Assembly (NCBI RefSeq): GCF_020745735.1
Contig: NC_083439.1
Span: 7,888,596-7,952,595 of the forward strand
Direction: 5' to 3'
Length of the DNA stretch: 64,000 nt
Source: Hemiscyllium ocellatum
Taxonomy: Eukaryota
Shown: positions 52,780 to 64,000 of the stretch, one piece after another
Numbering within the stretch: position 1 is the first letter of the stretch
How the letters are laid out: each line of letters starts with the position of its first letter
Position numbers and translations under genes: made by a program
Notes under the pieces: model-generated
What the model was told of the DNA's origin: nothing
Seen by the model: only the letters and a program-made list of their open reading frames with translations
The model's database searches: none

Positions 52780-53370
52780 AAAGAAAGGCTTGTTTTAAAG
52801 TGAGAATTGGAGGGACTTTTGTAAAATTTTGAATTAAAATGAAAGGGAGAATTAGAAAAGCTTATTGTAAAGTGTAAAGAAAGCTTGCTATCCAGTTCAA
52901 TGAAAACATAGGGAAGTTTGCTTCAAAGTGTAAGTGAGGATGGGGGTTTGAGGGAAGCTTGCCTTAAAGTGAAAGTGGGATTTAAGGAATCTTCTTTTAA
53001 AGAGTAAAAGGGGGAAATATTTGAACATGCTTTTAAGTTTGAAAGAAAAATTAGGGAAGTTTGCTTTAAAGTGTGAAGGGGAAGTTAGATGTATTCAAAG
53101 CATGGGGGGAAGATAGTGTGGGAATTAAAAATGTATTTCAAGAATCAAAGTGAATAAACTGATGAGGAAATTAGAATACTTAAAAGCATAAAGAAAAAAG
53201 TAGACAGTATAAAGTGCAAAGCGGAATTAGAAGATGTATTTGAAACAGTAAAAATAAACAAAGCTCGTTTAAAGTGTGAAGAGGGATTAGAAAATATATT
53301 TAAAATATAAAAGGGAAGGAAAAACAGGTTTGTTGAAAGAGTGAGGGATTTATTCAGACTTTGTAAAGCA
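52780..53370. repeat. Degenerate purine-rich minisatellite (unit about 31-35 bp)
   Basis: Recurring ttagggaag(c/t)ttgctttaaagtg(t)gaagggg. Confidence 0.7.
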
Positions 53371-53379
53371 GTGTGTTTG

Positions 53380-54135
<756 letters not shown>

Positions 54136-54692
54136 CTGGTACAGAGCCAGCAGCATCTACAGCGCAGAAACACCACACCTCCATCCAACCCCGTCCATTG
54201 CAGACCAGATATCCCAACCTAACCCAGTCCCACTAACCAGCACTTGGACCATATCCCTCCAAACCCTTCCTATTCATGTACCTTTTAAATGCCGTAATTG
54301 TACCAGCCTCCACCACTTCCACTGGCAGCTCGTTCCACACACGTACCACCCAAAAAGTTGCCCCTTGGGTGCCTTTTATATCTTGCCACATCCTCACCGT
54401 AAAGGAGAAAGTGAGGCCGGCAGATGCTGGAGTATCAGAGCTGAAAATGTGTTGCTGGAAAAGTGCAGCAGGTCAGGCAGCATCCAAGGAGCAGGAGATT
54501 CAACGTTTCAGGCATAAGCCCTTCTTCAGGAATCCTCACCGTAAACCTTGGTTTGGAATCTGGTATTCCGGGGGAAAAAGACCTTGGCTTTTCATTTGGA
54601 ATCTGTTATTCTTGGGGAAAAGATCGTAGCCATGCCTCTCCATAATTTTACAAACTTCTGTAAAGTGACCACTCAGCCTCTAACACTCCAGG
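54136..54692 (-). mobile_element. CR1 3' fragment with a single-arm family A insert (54404-54531)
   Basis: CR1 tail sequence. The insert is flanked by atcctcaccgtaaa at 54390-54403 and 54532-54545. Confidence 0.8.
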
Positions 54693-56596
54693 GATATGTG
54701 GGGATAATGGCACATAACGATGGAATAACATATTGGGAGAGGTCTGAGAATGAGAGAGGTGTGAGGATTCAGGGCATGGGGGTGTTAGGATAGGCTGCTC
54801 AGGATTGGTGTGAGGATGGGAGGAACTTGTGGCTGGGCATGAGGCGGTGGGGGCAGTCTTTCAACCTGAAAATATTCGGGTCATTGATTTGGCTACGATC
54901 AGCTCAAAGAATTGCAAATAATTTGGAGTAGACAGACAGGAGCAATCTGAGTGTTTACCATCTCTGGGCCAAACCATACAATGTAGCAGCCAAAGTAGTC
55001 CATTGAGTCTGCTCTCCATTCAATAAATCTTGGCTGATCTGATGTAGCTCAAAACCCTTGATTCCTTTACTGATTAAAAAGTCAGTACTATTTTTCAGCA
55101 CCACACTTTTTGACTCTGATGTCCAGCATCTGCAGTCCTCACTTCCTCCTGATTCAAAAATCTGTCCATCTCAGCCTTGAATATACTTAATGACCCAGCC
55201 CATGTAGTGAAAAAATTCCACAGATTCGCTACCCCGGGTGAGAAGACATTCTTCCTCATCTGTCTTAATGTGCAACCTCTTCTGGTCTCAGAGATTCCAG
55301 AAAGCTGAAACAACTTTTCCACATTTACCCTGTCAAGTCCCAGGAATTTTGAATGTTTCACTGACATTGCTTCTATACTCCAATGAATACAAACCCAATC
55401 TCCCCACCTCCCCACATAAAACATTTCCTCTATATATTCCATATTTGTGAAGTTTTTGCCCATTTTTTAACCTGTATATTTCTTTGGAGGCTCTGTCATT
55501 TGCATCACTTTCTTTCCCACCTATTTTTGAGTCATTTGCAAACTTCGCTACATACATTCACTTTCTGGCTCCAGGCAATTAATACATGTCATAAATCATT
55601 GTGGCATACCACTTTTTACAATTTGCCATCTTGAAATACCCACTTTCTCCCAGCTTTCTGACTTCTAGTAGTTAGCCAATCCTCTATCCATGGTATACTC
55701 TAACACCAGGGGCATTTATCTTAAGTAGCCTAATGTATTTTATTTTATAAATCACCTTCTGAAAATTGAAATATATTACATCCACTGTTTCCCCTTCATC
55801 TATCTTGCTCGTTACCATCTCATACAGCATAGAAAGAGGCCCACCATGTCTATGCAAATTTCAAATACCAGACTACTCTAATCCCATTTACCTGCATTTA
55901 ACCTGGCATTTTAAGTCAAGTGTGGCGCTGGAAAAGTACAGGCAGTCAGGCAGCATGGAAGGAGCAGGGGAGTCGACATTTCGACTCTTCATCAGGAATG
56001 GTATTTTTAGAGGAGCTTTTTTCTAGTTATTCAATTTAGTTTCTCTCTGCCTCTTGTGCCTTGAATATTTAGTAATTTTGTAATGCTGTTCATGTCTTTA
56101 CAGTGAAGACAGAAACAAAATATTTATTCCACTCCTGTGCAATTTCCTAATTCACATCATTAATCTCCCTGTCTCATTCTCTAAGAGACCTATGTTCATT
56201 TTGGCATCTCTCTTTTTATATATTTAAAGAAACTTTGGCTATCAATCTTGATAATATTGCAAATTTATTGTGATTTTTTTCCCCCCTTTTTTATTTGGTT
56301 GTCTTTTGTTTCTAAAACGTACTCAATTCACTGGTTTATGGCTAATCTTTGTCACATTGTATGTTTTTCCTTTCAATCTGATGTTGTCTTAACTTCCCTG
56401 GCTAACCATAGTAGGCTTATTCCCTTCCTCAAATCCTTCATCCTCACTCGATTATGTCTTTATAAACTATTTTCTGAAATGTAGTTCCTCATCTGTGTTT
56501 GCTGCTAAACTCCTTTCCTGGTCCATTCCAGCCAACTCTCCTCTCATTCCTTTATAATTATCCTTATTTAAGCTTAGCACCACTGTTTCAAGTGAT

Positions 56597-57900
56597 CTTT
56601 GAGAAGATTTGTAGCTCAGGTTGAGGTTCTGGATGTAGAATTACTTGCTGAGCGGAAGGTTTGTTTTCGGATGTTTCCGCACCATACTAGGTACCATCTT
56701 CAGTGAGCCTCCGGAAGAATCACTGGTGGGTGTAGCACGCTTTCTATTTATATATTTGAGTTTCCTTGGGTCGATGATGTCATTTCCAATGGTGATGTTA
56801 TTTCCTGTTTTTTTTTCAGGGGTGGTAAATGGGATCCAAGTCAATGTGTTTGTTGATAGCGTTCTGGTTGGAATGCCATGTTTCTAGGAATTTTTGTGCG
56901 TGTCTATTTGGCTTGTCCTAAGATGGATGTGTTGTCACAGTCGAAGTAGTGTCCTTGCTCCTCTGTATGTAAGGACACTAGACGGAGTGGGTCATGTCTT
57001 TTTGTAGCTAGTTGATGCTCATGTATCCTGGTAGCTAGTTTTCTGCCTGTTTGTCCAATGTAGTGTTTGTTACACTCCTTGCAAGGTATTTTGTAAATGA
57101 CATTAGTTTTGTTTGTTGTCTGTATAGGGTCTTTCAAATTCATTAGCTGCTGTTTTAGTGTGTTGGTGGGTTTGTGGGCTATCATGATGCCATTAAATGG
57201 GTAATTTGAAAAAGAATAGGTACCTAATGAACACAATCCATTTCTCAGCAACAAACCCAAACAAGCAGACAAAATGCATCCAGAAACCCTAGCCACTCTT
57301 CCCTTACATCAAAGACATCTCTGAAATGACTGCCAGACTACTCGGACCTCTTGGCATTGTGGTAGCCCACAAACCCACCAACACACTAAAACAGCAGCTA
57401 ATGAACTTGAATACTCTATACAGACAACAAGCAAAACTACTGTCATTTACAAAATACCTTGCAAGAATTGTAACAAACACTACATTGGACAAACAGGCAG
57501 AAAACCATCCACCAGGATACATGAACATCAACTAGCCAGAAAAAGAGACAACCCACTTTCACTAGTATCCTTACATACGGATGAGGAAGGGCACCACTTC
57601 AACTGGGACAACACATCCATCCTAAGACAAGCCAAACAGACATGGAGGAGAATTCCGAGAAGCATGGCATTCTAATCGGAACTCTATCAATAAACACATT
57701 GACTTGGATCCCATTTACCACCTCCTGAGAAAAAGAAGAGGAAATGACGTCACCGACCCAAGAAACCCAAACATATAAATAGAAAGCGTGCTACACCACC
57801 AGTGCTTCATCGAGAAGCTCACTGAAGATGTTACCTAGTATGGTGACAAAACGTCTGAAAATGACCCTTTCAGCTCAGCGAGCAAACCTATATCCAGAAC
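56597..57900. mobile_element. Penelope-like element, fold-back copy 3
   Basis: GIY-YIG endonuclease NVIYKIPCKECNKHYIGQTGRKLATRIHEHQ on -, mirrored on +. Arms of about 550 bp. Confidence 0.92.
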
Positions 57901-59214
57901 TGTTGTTTCTGACCCAAGTTCTCCCTCATGTTTAATGCTAAATTCTAGCATGTTGTGGTCACTGATCACGAGGGAATCTTTTACTCTGCCATCATTTATC
58001 AAACTTGCCTCATTATACCTCAGTGCATCCAAAAATAGCCTGATTATTGGTTGAATCCACTGCATATTGTTCTAGAAAACTGTCCCAAATACGCTCAGTG
58101 AATTCTTCCTCATTTGCCTCATCTGTCAATCTGACTATCTTAGTCTACACGAAGGTGAAAGTAACCCAGGATTAATGTGTTTTTTTACACCACCTAATTA
58201 TCTCCTGATTTGTTTTCTGTTGGGGCCTTGAACCTGAACTTTCCATTTGAAGGGTAGGGGCACTATCCGTGTCCTGCCAGACCCTTCCCTGGCGGTTTAT
58301 ATTTGGACAGGGAAGGCTAATAACAAATGGGAATATGCTGAAATGGTAATCTGACCAGGAGAGGTAACAACTCGAGGACACTTACAAAGGGTGTTAGCGC
58401 ATGTAGTATTTATTAGGGGCGTTAAAATTCAAGTTGCTGTGATTGGTGGAGAATGTGGTGTGCAGAGGTATATGTAAAGATGCCTGAACTGTGAGTAACA
58501 TTATACCGGTAGGATAGGAAGGAATTGTGCATGTGTGTGGTTTAGCAGTATATTAACTCAAATAATAAATGGGTTGAAATACATGATGATTTCAAATTCT
58601 GGCTATTGAATCATGATTGCATAGGTTACAGTGAAATAAAATCTTCGCATGCACACATCCTGAACAGAAGCGAATACCCAAAGAATACAAGGGCACCGTT
58701 TACTCCAGTTACACAACCCTGAGATTCTTAGCTTGGTCTAATTTTGAGCTGTTGTAGCTATCCAATGAACCTCATACTCACTTTGTTCCTTCCTCTTGGT
58801 CCTTTTAATAGTAAGCCTTTTAATCAGTTGATCATTCTAACTTGATGTGGAAATGTAAACTTTTGAGTGTCCATTAGGTCATTTGGCCAATTTTTTTATA
58901 AATTTCAGAAATATTATTTATTTATAAAAATCATGTATAAATATGTAGATTCTTAATTGTATTTGCAGAGAGGAAAACAAAACAAAATTGGAAATTTGAC
59001 ATTTCTCAGAGCTTCTCTACAGTTGCAAAAACAAAGGCATTTTCTACTTATCCTGGTAACTATAATTATGTTCATTTGAGGCTCCAAGAGGGTCTGACAA
59101 CTGATTGGACCCTTCTTATACTTTCCACAAGATGACAGGATACTAGATGACAGTCTTTCCCCACTAACACTTGGTGGCCGCTGCCCCAAAGCTGAGTGCA
59201 TCCCTCAGCACGGA

Positions 59215-59745
59215 GGCCTAAACCTTGGAATGTGCTAGTCTGCAACATTTAGTCGAGGCCAACAAGTTCCTTCCACTGAATTGATGCTATTCCAGGCACA
59301 GTAAATGTTTGTCTTGATGTGCCACCCATGGAACGAAGAGCACAAAGTCCTGCATCATGGAGCTGCTTGGGACAAACTTGACAAAAACCACTGCATCCCT
59401 TTCCAGACCTTCTTTGCAAAGACACTTACCAGAAGGATATGAGTGACGGTCTCTTCATCTATGTAGCTACTTCGAGGGCAGTGTGTAGTGGCGCACAAAG
59501 ACTGGGTATGCATGAAGGGATTTGACAGCAGTGCCCTTTGCGTCACCAGCCAAGCTATGTCTAGGCGCTTGTTGCAAAGGTCTCGTGATAGGGCATTCTG
59601 CCAAATGACTTTGACAGACTGTTCAGGGATCAATGTGACTGGATCTACCATCTCTTTTTTCTCATGGGGTCTTCAGAACATTACATGCTGACCAGTTCCT
59701 GATGGACTTGTTGTCAAAGGTGTATCTCTTTGCAATTTTTTTGGC
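59215..59745 (-). mobile_element. L1/Tx1-clade LINE ORF2 C-terminal fragment
   Basis: DIAWLVTQRAL...CPRSSYIDEETVTHILL...AKKVW (zf-RVT-like). Confidence 0.75.
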
Positions 59746-60814
59746 TAATTGTCTGATATGTAATACAGAGTGAAACCAAGCATGTGTTCAATTCCTGTAC
59801 TCACGGAGGTCACCATGAAGACCCTGTCTGAGTCATGGTGACCCTCTGGTGAAATTCATCACCAGTCATATTTCTCTGAGAGAGTACCTTCTGGGACAAT
59901 GGTAACTTTCACTTCATTCCATCATTTCAGCTCCTTTTTGGTTCTTTGCTGTTACGTTACATTTGTGTTTCACCCTGATTGATAGCCCGTATTTACCCAT
60001 AACTTTCAGCACTTCATTAAAGCTCCTCAATAAGAACTGCATTCCCTTGTTCCTGCACAATTTCAAATCCTCCCCTATTTAATTCATAAATCATTTAATT
60101 TCTAATAGCTGCTGACTTTTGGCAACCTCAGGAGAGGTAAATGCTGATCTAATTAAGTTGCTGACTTCAAACAGCTGCATGATTCCATTTTTCTGTTGCG
60201 TGCAAAAGGACAATTTTGAATTAATGGGCTATTTTGTACACTGGGGGGTAGTTTGGTTTTGAAAACAATGCACCAAGTGGGGTGAGATTGCTTGTCAGCT
60301 AAATATTTTTGTAATCATTAATTATTTTCACATATAAAATCCCACTGCTTCCAAGTCAGCACTTTTTCAAACTTGAAGCTGTCAGAGAGTTCAGGGAACC
60401 TTGGCACTTAAATATTCACTAATGTAGCAATAATAGATAGTAAACATGAGTAATCTAGCTGTAAGTTAATTACACTTTTAAATATGTTAATCAATGTATG
60501 TAAATTACATTAATCTGGATGCCTGAACTTTTCCTGTACTTGTTTACATCCTTTTATTCGTTTTCTGTCAGCGCTCAAGATTCAATTTTGGATCCATCCT
60601 TGTTTTATTCAGTTTATTATTTTTTGCCTTCATGTTACAGGCTATATATTGTCAGTGAGATATTTAGTTAGACCCTTAGTGTTCATTTAGCTGTTTAGTC
60701 AGAGGATTTGTTTAGTTGTGAAATGCTTGGACATTTTGTTTTCCACATAAAAGTACCCTGCATTAATATCTGCTTTTCTATATTTATTGATCTTTCTGTC
60801 TAGTGTAACAATGA

Positions 60815-61139
60815 GTACATTACCTTTAGCTGCAATCTTGTCTCTGAATCAGAAGCCTGCAGCTTCAGCTCTCTCTCCAGGACAGCACTGACCATCAACT
60901 ACAATTAAGGAACTTCTGATTTAATGGAGTTTATCAAACAAAATATTAAACCAAATGAACATCTTGTCTAAAGGAGCGTGACATTGGTCCCTCATCTTAA
61001 AAGAGGCCCCTGATCAAAAGTCCTCCCTTCGATTGCTGGATGTGGGATCTTGCTTTTTGTACAATGGCTCCATGGCTTGCCTACGAATCATCAATGACTA
61101 TGTTTCAAAAACAAATTAATTCACTACAGAGTAATTTGA
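60815..61139 (+). mobile_element. Deu-SINE-like, highly degraded
   Basis: tctgaatcagaag head and tgtgggatcttgct...tggctccatggcttgcctac...gactatgtttcaaaa tail. Confidence 0.45.
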
Positions 61140-61152
61140 AATATCTGCCTGT

Positions 61153-62414
61153 TCTGGGCGTAGGTTTGCTCGCTGAGCTGGAAGGTTTGTTTTCAAACGT
61201 TTCATCACCATACTAGGTAACATCTTCAGTGAGCGCCTGAATGAAGCACTGGTGGTGTTACCAGCCCGCTTTCTATTTCTATGTTTGAGTTTCCTAGGGT
61301 TGGTGATGTCATTTCTAATTCATTTTCTTGGGGGTGGTAAATGGGATCCAAGTCAATGTGTTTGTTGATAGAGTTCCAGTCGGAACGCCATGCTTCTAGG
61401 AATTCTAATGCTTTCCTCTTTGGCTTGTCCTGAGATTAATGTGTTGTTCCAGTCCTTCCTCATCCGTATGTAAGGATACCAGTGAGAGTGGGTCATGTCG
61501 TTTTCTGGCTAGTATTCTGCCTGTTTGTCCAATGTAGTGTTTGTTACAGTCCTTGCAGCGTTGTTTGCATTTCTGACTGCCAGACTACTCAGACCCCTTG
61601 GCATCATGGTAGCCCACAAACCCACCATCACACTAAAACAGCAACTAATGAACTTGAATACCCTATACAGGCAACAAGCAAAACTAATGTCATTTACAAA
61701 ATACCTTGCAAAATACATGAACATCAACTAGCCCAAAACGACATGACCCACTTTCACTAGTATTCTTACATACGGTTGAGGGAAGACACCACATCGACTG
61801 GGTCAACACATCGATCCTAGGACAAGTCAAACAGAGTCATAGAGGTGTACAGTACGGAAACAGACCCTTCGGTCCAACTCATCCATGCTGACCAGATATC
61901 CCAACCCAATCTAGTCCCACTTACCAGCACCTGGCCCATATTCCTCCAAACCCTTCCTATTCATATACCCATCCAGATGTCTCTTAAGTGTTGCAGTTGT
62001 ACTAGCTTCCACCACTTCCTCTGGCAGCTCGGTCCATTCACCCTCTGAATGAAAAAGTTGCCTCTTAGGTCTCTTTTATATCTTTCCCCTCTCACCCTAA
62101 ACCGATGCCCTCTTGGATGCAGGTTTGCACGAGAACTCCTGGAAGCATGACATTCCAACTGGAAGTCTATCAACAAACACTTGGATCCCATTTACCACCC
62201 CCTGAGAAAAAAAAACAGGAAATGACATCACCAACCCTAGGAAACCCAAACATATAAATAGAAAGCGGGCTACACCACCAGTGCTTCATTCGGATGCTCA
62301 CTGAAGATATTACCTGGTATGGTGATGAAATGTCTGAAAACGAACCTCCCAGCTCAGTGAGCAAACCTACACCCAGACTCTCAACCTGAGCTAGAAATCT
62401 TCTCAAAACTTGCT
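61153..62414. mobile_element. Penelope-like element, fold-back copy 4, with a CR1 tail inserted at about 61834-62115
   Basis: Inverted arms; 13-bp TSD aatatctgcctgt at 61140-61152 and 62415-62427. Confidence 0.9.
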
Positions 62415-64000
62415 AATATCTGCCTGTGTAAAGTGATATATAAATACAAGTTGTTTTTCTTCTAACATTACAAAGTGCAGTGGTCTGGAGGTTGTGGGAC
62501 TAGAGAAAAGGGTGAGAGAAAGAAACCTTTTGTTTCTCAGAAGATGGACATTGCTTTTCAATATCACTTTTAAGGCATCAGTATCCTCTGTTTGTTGCAA
62601 GAGTGAGAAGTAACTCTGTTAACCTCTACAAATTGCATCCAAACCAGAGTGTTCCTGATTAGTCAACTTGTGGGAGTGTACCATAGCCCAGCAGTGTCAG
62701 GATATGCACACTAATCATTGTGGTCCTGGCATCCTAATGTAAAACCAAGTGAATCCTGCACTGTTCCAGGCAAGTTTGGGATGTTAAAGCCAAATGTATA
62801 TAAAAATCCCATGTTATGTTTGAGGAGAGCTGGAGAAAGTCCACCTGGCATCCATGCTAGTGTTCTTCCTTAACCAAAACCTGCAAAACTAGGTTCATCT
62901 CTCTGTCATTGGATCTTTAGATTTGTAAAAAGGCCATTGTTTGTTTACATCCATAATGTTCATATGGACCGTCAGTGTTTGGTGACTGGCCCTAAAAAGG
63001 TACCATATATACAGGTTATTTCACAGTTAAAATGTTCTAATGAGTAAACTGTGCATTTATTCACTTAAAATTGTTGTTCATAGTTGTGACCTAAATTTGA
63101 GAAAAATGCCCTGCAGATGTTTTAAACTGACTAATGAGATCCATAGATTACTACTGTAATAACAGGAATGCTGGGATGTGACCAGTTATATTTTCAGACA
63201 TATGTTTTGGATTCGTTCCCTTTGTGTGTTTTTCCATTTCACCACCATTCATAGTTTGAACTATTTTAAATGGCATACTTTGCAAGGGGGGGGGAAGCAT
63301 TATATATAATGTCTCTTTTCCTAAGGTGAGCTTTATCTGTACATGCAGCATTAATGCTTACTTTTTTGTGTATTTGGATATGTATTTCTCACATGCGTGG
63401 AGTTTTATCTTCTCTTTTTCATGAAGAAACACCTGATATCATGTTCACAGCTCTCAAAGCTCTGAGTGTTGGCTAGTCTGAATGATGCACTTCACCTTCA
63501 AATCCTTGTCCTGCAGAACTCTTAGACATGCACATTGGCGGATATTTTATAATACATTCCCTTTTGAAAGGAGTGAAAAATCCCAGACATCTCAATGGAG
63601 CAAAAAAAAAGTTGTTCCAATTTTCACACCAAACCACATCCATCCAATGTTGGGATAGGTACCAGAAAGTTGGTCAAAAAGGTATGTTTTGAGGAATGTC
63701 TTTAAAGGAGATGGGGTGGGGTGAGGCTTAGTGTGGAAATTGCACATCTTTGGACTCTTGAAGTTGAAGATTATAGCTGCCAATTATAGCATAGGAATTG
63801 AGGATGCCCAAAAGCCAGAATGAGAGGAAAAAGGATATTTCAGAGGCTTGTAGGATTGGAGGAATTTAGCCTGATCTTGTCCTATTTTGATCTGTGTGTC
63901 TGGGAAATGATAGTCAGCTAACTTCTGTTAGGCTGAACTGCTCATCTAGATTGTAATTAGCTTAATGCAGTGGACTGATCAAACTCAGGACCTTCCTGTT

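Noticed and set aside
57822-57855. Functional hammerhead in the right arm of Penelope copy 3
   Set aside because: The GAAA core is mutated to AAAA. The cores at about 20135, 21287 and 56670 are also degraded.

Overview
Vertebrate genomic DNA, most likely from a cartilaginous fish: the repeats are shark-type HE1/V-SINE, Deu- and Meta-type SINEs, CR1 LINEs and Penelope-like elements. There are two assembly gaps (889-1019 and 12325-12454). Three spliced genes lie in the conserved order CALML4(-), CLN6(-), FEM1B(+). I reconstructed a complete 5-exon CALML4 (153 aa) and a complete 7-exon CLN6 (300 aa); only exon 1 of FEM1B is present, inside a CpG island. Most other sequence is decayed retrotransposon, and nearly all entries in the ORF track are spurious or TE remnants. 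The most striking unannotated signal is a set of minimal hammerhead-ribozyme cores (CTGANGA-x-stemII-GAAA-CGTH) with covarying stems. They sit in at least four families of Penelope-related elements: large fold-back GIY-YIG copies, short TSD-flanked palindromes, and one direct-repeat, retrozyme-like unit of about 300 nt. Gene-level oddities: FEM1B has an intron position different from the human gene, a stop/start-overlapping uORF and a Gly/Pro/Ser insertion; CLN6 has a duplicated 99-bp splice-acceptor region in front of a frame-compatible cryptic exon. TE boundaries are approximate unless a TSD is quoted, and family names come from recalled consensus features rather than database searches.
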